From: Pseudogymnoascus verrucosus | Taxonomy: Eukaryota | Direction: 5' to 3' (one strand) | DNA: 64,000 nt | Assembly: GCA_001662655.1 (NCBI GenBank) | Contig: KV460231.1 | In this document: piece after piece, positions 23,429 through 36,155 of the stretch | How the letters are laid out: every line of letters starts with the position of its first letter | Numbering within the stretch: position 1 is the first letter of the stretch | Notes under the pieces: generated by a model | What the model saw: the letters and a program-made list of their open reading frames with translations, nothing else | The model's database searches: none | Told to the model about the DNA's origin: nothing | Position numbers and translations under genes: made by a program

Positions 23429-26400
23429 GAACAGCTACATTCACCGAGGCAGAGGGACTATAGCTATTTCGGACAAGCATGAAGGAAATTCAGTTCCGTA
23501 GCAGGCAATTAGCTATTTTAGCTTTGCATGTTCGAAGGGAATCCCACAGAGCAGATATTAAAATCAATATTACTACCAGTACTATGAATATTTCTAGAGT
23601 GGTGGTGACGTTCAGCACTCACATTGGACCGGTGCGCTGCCGGATCCAGCCATTCTCAGCTTCATGCCTTCCCAAAGGCTTCGATAGGATCCCAATAGAA
23701 GTCAGTTATTATTGGGTGTACCCTTCCCAGCAAATCATGCTCGCTCGGAGGTACCCGTGGCGAAAAAATGAATAGTCATAGTTGTTGCAAATTTAGGGGT
23801 CAGCCACCAACAAGTCAGACACATACAAACATTATTGACGGATTTCCCCAATACAGGGAGGGTGTCGACGAAGTCTCCTCTGGTGCTCTGCCTTTCGGGT
23901 GGCAAGGCAATAAAGAGTTGTTTTTGACGTGTATTTTATGGCGCAAGTGAGGGGAAGAATGAAGGCGCCCAATGATTTCGCGTGAGGCTATATTTGTCTA
24001 TCGGCGCCTGTCGCCACATCATATGGAGTAGAATGCCCAATTAAGTTGAGTAGGGGGTATAACAGTTGTGGCCACATCATACGAAAGACAGCACTATAAA
24101 CAGCAAATGTGACAACTATAGCCAAGGGCGTCACTTTCACCTCTAGACTTCGACCCATATCTACCGGTGGTACAGCCTCGGAGAAAGCGTTGGAAGAAAT
24201 TAAATTCCTTTTGTTGTCCCGCATCGGAGTCACTTCTACGCGCAAACGCCAGAACTGTGCGCTAAGCACTATCTCAGCGCTTCATTCTATCGACTATCGA
24301 TGCGACGGCGCTGAGACAATCACAATCAGATCTATCGCGCGTCAGGCGCCAGCCGTCGGTCAGGCCTAATCGAGTATATTGGGCCGTCCCTTCGATTCTT
24401 CTGCAGAATATGTGAGGAAGGGCTAGAGCACTGTATCTGCACGCAAGGGGTCCACTGGTCCCCTAGCCCAATTTCCCCCCATCAACAAATCATCAATCAC
24501 ACCCACTGTAGACTAGGTAAACTAGGTAGATGGCAAACGCCCCACATCCCCCACAAGGGGTTCCAATCCTTTGAGTCCTGTGTGGCTTGTCTGCCCCGGC
24601 AGTCACAACGCCACACGGCTTGTGTTGGGCCAACTGTCACATCCGGATTGGGGTATATGTCTGACTGTTCTGTGGCTGCCTAGGGAAACTTCTCCGGTGA
24701 GGAATCCTGTAATGTGCCACCAACCGCCGTTCCGGCAGTTTCTTCAGAATGTAATGTCAAAATGGAATGCTGATGATTGGCTGGTGGCTTACATACCATA
24801 CCGTAGACTCTGTTGTTCGTGGAATCCCATTCTTGGCGCTTTTCGGGATATCGATGATCGGTCGGCTCGGGTTTATAGACGGCAATAGCGGGGTACAGCA
24901 CTGTACAACTCGGCTTCTTGCCCCTTGGGCCGAAAGGACGGATACTTGAGTAGAGGGGCGGGGCCTATGCGTAAATCACCTCGTAAAAAAGCGACTTTCG
25001 CAGTACAACAATAAATACAACATGGATGCTGAAGAAGGGGGCGCGGTTGCAGTGGACACCGCCAAGTTGTGCAGCGATCCACAGCCTACCGCAAATCCCT
25101 TCCGCAACCCTCTTCTCCTTCGTGTCATCACAGGACTGTACTCTTAACCCCCCCGATGCGAATCCGATACGTCGCAAATGCCCTCGATCTGGAGGGCCGT
25201 GCTGACGGAGTGCCGCGCGTGTGATTGGGTTCCATACCACTGGTAACGGTGGCGCGCGCGCTAAGGAAGCAAGCACAGCGAAGGAGTGGTCTCGGCGCAT
25301 TGGGATATGCGGGTCCCCGTGTCGCCGACCGCCAATCCCCGTGCGGTGCGGACCCGACAGTTTGGGCGGGCCGCCTATTTGATGGGGGAGGGTTACACTA
25401 ATGCAGGGATGGAATTGGGCCACAGGTGTATGAAGTTATACTTGGTTATACTTGCAACAAGTAAATTATGATCGGACATACAGTTCATGGTACTCACTAC
25501 TCACGCTACTTAGTATGGATGGTTGATCATTTGTATCTCATCGGGATTGCTCGTACATGTACAGCGAGCACAGTGTAATTGTGCGCTGCACTGTACACTC
25601 TATAATCTACCCGCGCTGTTGGACTTCGAGCTTGGGGGCTGTTGCATTTCCACTTTGAGGGGCACTTTGGGGGCTGTATGTGATGACCAACACACATCAC
25701 TGCATACCGCAGACTCCGACATTCCACACATTCCAAGCCTCCATGACTATGCACATTGTGGTTGGTGCAGAACACACCCCCTTCCCCGCGTGACGCTGAT
25801 TCGCAAACTCCCCTCACTCCGCGGCCGAGTCTACGCCGAATCCACCAATCTCTGCTTCTCGATCAGCTGGCTGCGGGATGTGTCTGGGCTGCAGAAGGAG
25901 GATACGACAGCGCACTGACTCTGTACGCTGATGAACGAACCGTGGTTCTGGGACCAAGGGTGAGGTTAGAGCCTGTCGTTGCGTAAGGGGTATTGATAGA
26001 TTGGAGCAGTGCATGCAGAGTACATTGCATGCGACTATGTACATTACATAAGTGAGGTGCAGTAGCTGCCACTTCCTCCAGTTTCGTTCCGGGACACCGA
26101 AATGAGCACCTCTTCTCCCCGGAGTGTCACTTGAGAATCTTCCATGGTCTCGGAAAGGCTACCTCTATCTGCCGTTTTCAACGCCCTGTTTGTGCCGGAT
26201 TCGGGCCTCTGCCGGCGCTATATTCAGATTCGCGGAGTTGTGGGAAGTTAGGAGGAATGTAGGATACATTAATTCCAATGCGTTGTCCAGGTGAGTTGTG
26301 ACATTGGGGTCCAAAAAATAGACCGCCGGGGTCAGAATATGTGAAAACAATCCCTCAAAGAATGGTCACTTGATGCGGCCAACGGAGATGCGGTGTATTG

Positions 26401-28080
26401 TGGACACCTTGGACGATCGATCGACGGTTGTTCAAGCATCAAGCATCAAGCACCAAATAATCTTCTACATTGAGTAATTCTCCTACTATCTTTAGGGGGA
26501 AACTATATCACTCATACTCTACCAATATCACGACCATGTCAAGATCCCCCTCTCCCCAGCCAGGTCAGTGGATTTGTCACTCAAGCCTCTGTCACACGGC
26601 TAAACGCACAGCCGTGCAAGTATCCCTAGCCGACCCCGTCGCTTCAATTACGTCCCCATCCAAGTGTGTGCATCTACTCCGAGCGCAAGGGAGCAAGGGA
26701 CCTCCAATAAGCAAAAGACCGCATAACTTCGTAATTCAAATCTCCCCCTTCGGCGCTTATCTAGGTCAGACCGCCGCACCGCTACACCCGCTCCCCTAAC
26801 CCAAATGCTGCAGAACGTCCCCCACCACCCGTCCATACAGACCCTCCATACACCGCCAGCATACAACAACAACAACAATAACACACAGCAACAGCCACCA
26901 ACATACTTCCAGCGCTGTGCAACCTCGCACCTAAGATTTCCCTGAGCCCTCCTTTCCCCCCACGCCAGTCATTCAAACAGCCAGCCAGCCAGACAGGCAG
27001 CGCTGCAAGATCCCCTCCCGCATTCGAGGCAAACCAGATCCCCTCCACCCCCCCGCTCTTGCACCAGCACGTTCGCCCGTGCAACCTGACGCCCACGAAC
27101 AGGGCGTCGCAGAGCACGCGTCTCCTGCTCGTGCTGTTCACCGCAACGCAACGTGTGTGCGACGTAGAGGCAGGAGATAAAAAGCAAGTCGGTGGTATTA
27201 CAACCGGCGCCGTTTGAAAAGCGGCCGTGGGGGAAGGCCATGCGGGTAATCGGTACTGTTCCGTTCCGGCGTCTCTTGCGCTGCCATCGCTGGCCCACTT
27301 AGTTGTGGCAGTAGGGCGATCGGTACTAGGTCTTTCTTTGATGGGGGGAGGGTGGGGACGGGGAATGGGGGAAGATCAGGCTAAGGGATGGTGGTGTGTC
27401 TAGCGCTTGGTGACGGATCACCCCCAGAGAATGATATCCGCAAAGACCCTTGAGAGATCACCTCCATTGTAGTCCTGACAGGGGAGGGTTGGCGCGACCT
27501 ATTCTTCAGTCCCACTTGCTTCGATCTAATAGCGCGGTGTCCACTAGGCGGCTTGACTGGAGCAGTACTTTGGTTTACTTTGGTCAAGGTTGAGTGCGGA
27601 GTGTGACAGAAATGAGAAATGGCACTTTAGTCGTCAGCGCGCTTCACCCTTCATTCCCGTTGCTTAACATCCATTACGCCGCATTCAATGGTACTTCCTC
27701 CTTGGCAGCCTAACCCATATCCACAGTGTATAGTCTGGAGTATCTTCCATCTTCCTTGTACCGTGTCGTGTCTTGCCTTGACATTCGGCCATCAATCGAG
27801 ACTTAGCATTCACTCCTGCTGTCCGCAATGTACCTTGCTGGACTAGCTGTCGAGGCCAACAGAGCCATCGCGCATGTGCCACAAGTTCCAAATTCCTGTC
27901 ATCGACTGCCCTTCGCATAAATATCCCATGAAGTTCTTCCCGTGACAATGCCCCTGTGATTCGAACTCTTTATATAGTGACCCCACTGGCCTGGTCATGA
28001 GAATGAATTATCGTTGCCAATTATCACTTTACATGAAGACTACTCTCAGCCTGACCACTTTATTATCAACATCCGTCGTC

Positions 28081-29069
28081 ATGTATTTCAACCCGTTGCC
28101 TCCCAATGACCAAGAAAAAGGCCCGCGGTTTTCAATAAATCTTCTACTCAATCCAACCGAAGACGCCGCATCTCACCCTCTTCAGACTGATCCATCTGCT
28201 ACGTCGCTACCATACCACAAGAGAGTGGCAGAAGGGTGGTTAAACTCCACCGCCGGAACTCCAGGTGGCCGCACAGCTCTCCTACCAATACGGACATCAA
28301 CATCTACAACGCTTTCTCGCCCTCCTCAGAGAACTTCCGAAGTAGTACTACCACCACTGGGTTCTCTGAACCTATTGACGAGCCCGGGCCCCAAGCCTCG
28401 GCCCACTTCTTCTTCTTATCAAGACTATCAAGACCACCACCAGTTCCATCAGCATGGGAATAAATACAGGCATCGCAGCAGCCCAGGCAGCTGTAGCAGC
28501 ATGACAGGGAGGTCACGTTCAACATCTCCAACTACACCTTCTCATTCAAATATTCCTTACACCCTTGAGCAAGTACACTTCATTCAGTACTACCGAGAGG
28601 ACAAGAAAGTGCAATGGCAAGCAATCGTCCAGCCCTTCAAGAGACAGTTCCCGCGGGTCGTCGTCCACCAGAGCAGCAGCAACAGTCCAAAGCGTGGAAA
28701 GGGAGCTCTGGAATGCCGCTACTACCGGGCGCAAATGTACCCCAGAATCGATGACGAGGGTAATTTCGTCCGCGACCATAATAACGAATATGAGATGGTG
28801 AACATCAGAGTGCGAGATAGGCCAATCCATCCCCACAAAGCCATTCTTGAAGATTATATCAAGCTGGTAACGAGGTGTCCGGAGGAGGTACTCAAGTACT
28901 CATGGACGGACGACAAGGACAAAGCAGAGGCCAGACATATCAGTAAGTCATTATATGCCCGAAGCCTGTGTTGTTTACATACTAACCTATCACAGTTGCC
29001 AATCGTACAAGACAGGGCAGAGGGGAACTTCCAGGAGCTATTATTCGCGTTCGAACAACAACATTCTGA
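28081..29069 (+). CDS. Putative transcription regulator with Myb/HTH-like domain
   Basis: Starts MYFNPLPP (in-frame ATGs further upstream, from 27997); FSINLLLNP and LPPLGSL short motifs; helical domain YTLEQVHFIQYYREDKKVQWQAIVQPFKRQFP...RGKGALECRYYR; intron 28943-28995 (GTAAGT..ACTAAC..CAG) gives stop at 29067-29069. Confidence 0.6.
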
Positions 29070-29499
29070 GGCAATTTGCCAAAGAAGCTTCCTGCCTGAG
29101 CAGCAACAACGCCTACACAAGCGTGCCCAACTATTGGCAAGGCCCGTAATATGACACCAGACACGATTTATGACCACAAATACCCCAATCACGAAGACTC
29201 CGATAACTGAGATTCCCACTTTCGTCCGTCGAGATGCCGTCTGTATATGAACCAATTGGCGTCTCGTCGTCTTTTTGTTGGTTGTTTTTTCTTGTAATAC
29301 CCACCGAAATGTATCATTTGGAGTCTTCAGGAACGAAAAGGGCGCGTTGGCTACCCATCACTGTGCCATCGTTTTTGCCCAGCACCGGCACGTTTTAGAT
29401 CAGGCTTATATAGTGTGCAAAGTCCCACCCAGAAACTAATTCAAGATCTAAATCTGGACAAACTCGAGTGTGATATTAAGCGCATCATTTATACAGTGA

Positions 29500-31065
29500 T
29501 CAGTACGATTCCCCTTCCTCATCGTTCCCTTCTTTCTTGCCAGAGTAGGCCTCCATCCACGGGCGGCGGGACCATGGCTCTTTCTTGGCTTCAAGCTCAT
29601 CATCGCTAAACGTAGCATCATCCTCGTCGTATTCTTCATTATCCGAGGTGTTTCTATTTCGATACTGGTACGGATTTATGCCGTACTCATCATCAGACTG
29701 TACCTCCTCGTCCGGATAGTCCGTTGAAGGGTGATTCTCCGCTATTGATCATTAGCTCAATCCTTGCATATCTGTGTCAGGTGAGGTGGGGGGACGGGGG
29801 AGGCTAAACTAACCATTTTCGTCTTCTTCCTCGTCATACGCATCACTATCGCTGTCCGAGTCGCCGTTGTAAAACTGGTCGATGTCCGGCTGGGAATCCA
29901 AAACCAGCAAGCCAATGCTCGCCTCGTTTGATTCGAGGAGAGCTTGTTCCACTGGCATGCGTATGTACGTCTCGATGATATAATTTGAGTCATCGTCGTC
30001 CACATCCATAGCTTGCATTTCGCTGTCCCCCCCAGTTCCCTGAGCAGTCACAGCGTCGGGATGGCGCTCGTGGTAGCGCAAGCCTGCACCTGCCCTCGGT
30101 TTGAATCTACTTGCAGGACTTTTGGGGGCCTCGGGTTCCGGCTTTAGCGATACCGTAACTTGAGGCTCATTGTTGTCGGCAAGGTTCTTTCTGATTTCTC
30201 TAAGCGTGTAGGCTTGCATTTCCATATTAAGTCTCTCCGTACTAGCATCCCACGGTATTATGTCCCCAGATGGAAGCCTGGCACCCCGGAGAGGAGCGGG
30301 TGAATTTCTACGGGGCTTGACAGCATTGACAGGCGTAAGGCGCAGAAGGGAGACACTCGGTTTTTTACCGAGCTCTTTGACAGGCTCCCGGCTCGTCGTG
30401 CGGTTTTGCGGTTCCGTCCTGGATACATCCAAAGGGGCGGGGATTTTCGTATCCGTTGGTGGTCCGGTCTCCGCTGCAGGAATTACCTTGCGTTCGCGAA
30501 ACACCGCGATATTTGTCTTCCCAGGTGTTCTTCTTGCATTTGCACCCTCAACATTGTTATTTCCCGCTCCATACGCCAGTTTTCGAGACAGGTGGAAACG
30601 ACGAGGTTCCGCAATTACTCGAGGTAATCGTGCTACGTCCGGTGCCCCTGTATCATTCGCGGGTGGCACAGCTCCAACTTCATCCTGTCTAATTGTAACG
30701 TGCCGCGTCTCCGGAGGGACAGCAGGCTGAGTGTTGCTCAGGTTTCGGCTCGGCTGGTCTCTAAATTCATCCCCTGGTTGGCTGGTTTTGACCTGTGGTG
30801 CTCTCGGGCCATTTTCTAGAGCAGATGTATATCCCGCAGAGTCTGCAACGGTGAATGCATTTGGTCGTGAGCCCTGGACGATTCGCTGTCGCTTGAATAT
30901 AAACTGGCCAGCATTTCGACCCCTGGTAAGTTCATCATGCACACCTAGATAGACAAGTGTCAGCAGAAACCTTCAACTGGGTTCTGTTTGTACGAGCTTA
31001 CGCAAAATCTCCACAGGATCCTCAGTGGCCTTCCTCTTGATCTGAACTCTGGTTGGAGGTAACAT
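29500..31065 (-). CDS. IWR1: RNA polymerase II nuclear import factor Iwr1-like
   Basis: N-terminus MLPPTRVQIKRKATEDPVE; acidic C-terminal Iwr1-type motif DEEEDENAENHPSTDYPDEE; two introns (~31001-30946 and ~29812-29743). Confidence 0.8.
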
Positions 31066-33113
31066 GGTTTGTCGTGACTTGCAGATGTCGAGAACTCCCC
31101 AGATACTCAATATGGGGTATTCTGGTAATATCTGAGTAGATTAATGTGTGAAATCTGCCCAGGTTGCAAGGTTAACTCAAAGCGACGCGATTTCCCGATT
31201 CTGTTGAAGTTGATGTTCCATAAATTTAGCGCCTATCATGGCCGCGATAAGCCTCTGACGCGCGCAATGTGGGGTAAGCAATAACCCCACCAAACAACGG
31301 TGATATCCTCAAAACAATTCCACCATGAATGAAAATTATTCATAAGGATCCCTCAAATTACTCTTTCACATGATATTATTTGTAGAGATTTATGCGCAAT
31401 TTAAATAGCAATCGTTTAGCTGACAATATCAAGATCTGAGAGAATCTAGATCGGGAAGAGTGGGGTGCCGATAGACGCCAAAGCTTACTTCGATGACAGC
31501 TCCATAAGAAAGTATACTAGGATAAAAATATAAGGAATGTCAAGTCTGTCTGCATCTTTTTTTGGTTGGTATCATCTCTCTGATTAATGCGGGTTGCTGT
31601 ACGTTCAAATTGTAATATTCGCAGAATTAGACATTCGGTATGATGTTATTTACGTACAAATTAATAAATTCTACTGAATTAATTCACTGTTTAAAATATA
31701 AAATATAATCCAAGAGGCAGAAGACGGGCCCATCTGCTCCTTAGAACCAAAAAATGCAAAAAGACACATCAGATTCCTGCGATTCTGGATATCTGATGAG
31801 GGAGAAAATCACTCTTTGTGATTTTGCTTTTTGGCGCTTATTTTTTTTTGTCGTTGGGAGTCGAATCCGTAACCTTTCCAAACCCTGGCCAGATTGTCCT
31901 GACAGTGGTACTTCCACTGCGCCACTGTGCCGCTATCTGGGAGGAAGACGACTGGATTTGATATATATAGCTAGCCCGGTGCTTGCTGCGTTGGTGACAC
32001 CTGATTTCTGAGGGGACAATGGGCGCCTGCAAGGCCTCAGGACAAGAATGATATACATATAGTACTCGAAGCATATTGTATCAACATCAAACACGAAATT
32101 CCACACGTATAAACCGAGATTTCTAGACAGGCTTGTGGAGCTTCCAAAGCATACACCTTAATCTTCAAGTTCGAGAGCCCATACTTTGATCTTCGATAGT
32201 TGAAATTTGAAGTAGCCTTCTACGCAACCAGCAGTTGCCTATTGATGAATTGTGTGGGGCCTTCGGATACACAACGGAAATAATGCAGTACGACGCAATT
32301 CAAAACAGAAGATATCATCTGTCACCCTCACAAGCAAGGTAATGTACAATTTGCACACCAGTCAGTGCTCTCTTTATATCCGCATCAACTTGCAGCCGCA
32401 CATCATCCGTGTTACGAGATGAATAGCAGCCACAGAATCTCAGCACTCCGTGATGGCTGTGCCAGCAAAGAGGCTTCCCAACTTGGGAGACACGGCTCTG
32501 TTCGAACAGGCCAAAGAGTGTTTGCATTTTCGTCATCCTGGTTTGTGCACCTATCTACACCGTGTGACCAATGACCAAAGAAAAACTTACGATAGAAGAC
32601 ACATACCTTTGCTATGCCGTGTCTGAAGTAAGGGGTGTAGCAAAATTGTGAGGCAGCGAGCAAACTCCTGAAACATAGAGTATTTTGACAATCAAGTGAC
32701 TTTGTGGAGAGATGCACGGCTTCCCGAGAGGTTACTCAAAGCTAAGCGCCGTGGTTGATTCATGCCGACGTTGCTCAACGACAGCAGAAATGTCGTCGTT
32801 GGCAGTTGACAAGAACGCCCAGTTTCTATACGTCACACGTGATCAGACTACTTCAAATCGGACTAATCCCAATACGGAACTGACATCAATGATATGGGGT
32901 TCTACTGAGTACAACATCCCTTGATATGTATTATTTGCCAAGTCCTTGCTAATCATGAAAGTTTCGTTATGATCCTGCACTTTCAAACTAATCACTTGCA
33001 GGATAACGAGTCATATGGTGATCAATCCTCTGCTGGATTTTTTTTTTTTTTTTGCAAGTCTTCGATCTCATCTCCGATATTCCCATCCTCCTAAACACCG
33101 GGATTTATTCCTC

Positions 33114-34735
33114 TCAGCCATCTGACTCGTAGTCATCGTCCGCCCTTTCACCGTCCTTTATCATCTGCTCGATATATTCGACCTTTTCTACTATCGAGTC
33201 CCTAACTGAGTTCCAACTTGTAAGACCGCTCCAACTAGCATAACGCCCGTACTGATATTCCCCGTCTTTGACCGACTCTTCCCCATTTGCCTTCCACATC
33301 ACCGGAGGGATGATAAAATGAAGAAATCCGTCGCACTCGGAAGCTGGTTCAATCTGAAGGACATACCCAGAATAGTCGCCATCGATTTCCTTCAATCCCC
33401 TGCTATAAAATGATCTTCAACATGTTCCAAAGGGAAATCGGATGGGGCAATGTCCTGAATGCCAGTCATGCCTCCGTCAAGGAAATGCCAACCTCCACGG
33501 TAGCTATTGTACGCCAACAATGTTAGCTTGACTCAGCTCAGTCCCCCGTCAAAACAGACTCCACACAATACTAGAACTTACCCATTCGCAATCCTGACCA
33601 TGTCCTTAAAGTCGGCTGGGAGCTCCCCATGATCTTTCTCCACGGCCTCGATCTCCGCCTCTGTCGCAGGCGGAAACAAAATTTCTTCGGGATAATCAAG
33701 ACCCATGCCCTTATATTCCCTGGTGTTGACTCTCCAGGCGCCCTCGGCAAGCCTATCCAATAGTTCCTCCCAACCGGCTTCTCTCGGCGTGAGTGGCAAC
33801 TGCTGCCCCTTCGTCACTCGTAAGTCCACCGCACTGATGATATCCTTCACTAGTGTGTCTGCATCTTGCTCCTCAATAAAAAACGGGTTGCTTTCCTTCC
33901 CGCCTTTAGCAAGCAAGGGTAGGACATCGTAAATCCCAGGCACGAACAGGAAATCCTGTAAACTGGCGCCACTCGAACGGCCGAACCCATCCAACCTCAG
34001 CGCCATGCTCAGGATCTCACTAGCCGTATCCAATTCTCCCACTCGGATTGCCAGCTCTATGGCTAATCGCCGATATAACAGGAATGAGTGCCTCGACTCC
34101 CATGCTTGGGTAGACATGTAATCGACACCCTCCTCAATGGGAGCTTGAGGTTGCGCATAGAGCTTCATTGCGGCAGCAAGGGCCTCCCGCATTCTCTCAT
34201 GCGGAGGGAACATCCCTTGACTCCCCTCTTTAGCCAGAAGCCGGGAGCACATCGCCAATATGGCAGGATTATCAGTCTCGCGCCAGATGTGCGGATCCTC
34301 AGGCTCAGCGATGGACAAGTGTTTGGGCATCCAGTCTGCGCGGCAGCATTCTCGATACTGACCCCACTGCTCCCTTGCGAGATATCCGTCCAATGTGAGC
34401 GAGTTAAACTTTAGTACAGACTCATATTGCTCTTCGCCTATGGGACGACTGAGCTTATCTTTATGCGTCTGCCAGAAATACTCCAGTACTGGAGTTGAGC
34501 CGTTGGCGGACGCTGAAGTCGCGGGCGCGATCTCATTTCTGTGCTTGTACAAGGCGTTGATAAGCTCTTGGGCTTTGTCAATATGATTTGACAAAATAAG
34601 AACGTTGGCCAGATAGAAAGTTTCGGTAACTGCAGTGGAGAGGTCACTAAGCTTCAAGTACGAGCTCACAAGTTCATATAGAGTCTGTTGGGAAGGTTCG
34701 CCCCATGCCCCATTAAACCAACTGATAGACGTCAT
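33114..34735 (-). pseudogene. SMI1/KNR4 (SUKH)-domain protein gene with an apparent 1-nt frameshift
   Basis: 385-aa exon ending PPATEAEIEAVEKDHGELPADFKDMVRIANG (SMI1/KNR4-type motif). Intron 33581-33504 continues YRGGWHFL, but this frame stops at 33394-33392 while the protein-like tail continues in another frame to 33114. Confidence 0.7.
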
Positions 34736-35287
34736 GGCCAGATTAAACAGGAGTTAGCGACACTTCATTGGCTTGGAAAGTATTGTTCGAGTAAAATTGT
34801 CAGAAGCTGTCAGAAGCAATGATATATGAATCTTTTGAAAGTCAATTCCTGGACAGTCGCGGCTGATATCGCGGGTAGACTGGGGTTCGGCATTGTGAGG
34901 GAGGGGGAATTAGGCAGACACGACTAAAAATAGGAAATAAGGTTTAGCATATGCTCCTTAGAACGTTGGCCTTTGAACTCGAGTACTGTTGAATTTGAAA
35001 TCGGCTTCAATTCGGAGCACACTCAATGGTCGATTTATAGACGGTCTATATTTGTAGATATAATATTGCTAGTACTATTATAGCTAGATGACGGCGGATT
35101 TGGCTGCTTACTTCCCGAACTCACGACACGTGTCGTGGCTCAGAACTTCTACATAAGTGGTAATCGACCTGTATTGATCCCCCACATCAGTTCAACAGAA
35201 ACATTCACTCATAAAACTAGTCTACTGTAAACTCTACCATTACAACTTACTCCTACCATTCAGTCTTTATTAAAGCGTATCACAAAC

Positions 35288-36155
35288 ATGGCCACCCAAA
35301 CCGAACCCGAGATCGTTCTGTATGACTTGGCCAACACCAAGAACGTCTGCTTCTCCCCAACAGTCTGGCGAATCCGTCTCATTCTCAACTATAAGCAAAT
35401 CCCATACAAAACGATCTTCCTAGAGTTCCCCGATATTGAGCCTACACTGAAAGGCCTGTAAGTTATTCTCTCGCCCTTTCGCCGTCTCAACCTCCATCCT
35501 CTCTCATGTGTCTCCATCCATTCGATCTCCCCCCACTCCCTCAAATTCCTCCAACCACACCCCAAAAATCGCTCTAACACACCCCAGCGGCCTCGTTCCC
35601 GGCGAATCCCCGACCGGAGAAAAGCACAAATATACCGTCCCCGCCATCCACCACGTCCCCACTAACACGCACATCATGGACTCCACCCCCATCGCCAAGT
35701 TCCTCGAGGCCACCTACCCCACCCCAAGCCTCCCCCTAACCTCCGAGCTAGGCCGCACCATCGAGGTGCAGGCGCGCTCTGTCGTCGGGCCAACATTCCG
35801 CGCCTCAGTAGTGCCGCGCGAGATTAACATCCTCTCGCCCAGATCACAGGAGTACTTCCGCCGCACGCGCGAGGCGGCGCTGGGGCGTAAGCTCGAGGAT
35901 CTGCTTGATGCGGAGGAGGAGAGCTGGAAAGCTGTTAGTGAGGGGATGAGGGGGGTGGGAGAGCTGATGAGGACGAATAAGGAGGAGGGGCCGTTTGTGT
36001 TGGGTGCGCAGCCGAGTTATACGGACTTTTTTATTGCGGGGTCGTTGCAGGCGGCGAGGGTGGTGGATGAGGGTGTTTTTGAGAGGCATATGAAGTATGT
36101 TGGGTATAAGGAGGTTTATGAGGCTTGTTTGCCTTATATGATGAAATATATTTGA
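35288..36155 (+). CDS. Glutathione S-transferase family protein (fungal GST, etherase-like class)
   Basis: Exon 1 MATQTEPEIVLYDLANTKNVCFSPTVWRIRLILNYKQIPY; intron ~35458-35588; YTVPAI, IMDSTPIAKFLEATYP, GPFVLGAQPSYTDF. Confidence 0.88.

Noticed and set aside
21500..29200. Mating-type locus
   Set aside because: No HMG or alpha-box motif recognised, and the usual flanking genes APN2 and SLA2 are absent.
31300..33100. Hidden gene or RIP-decayed transposon in the AT-richer spacer
   Set aside because: No coherent spliced ORF, terminal repeats or transposase/RT motifs could be read.
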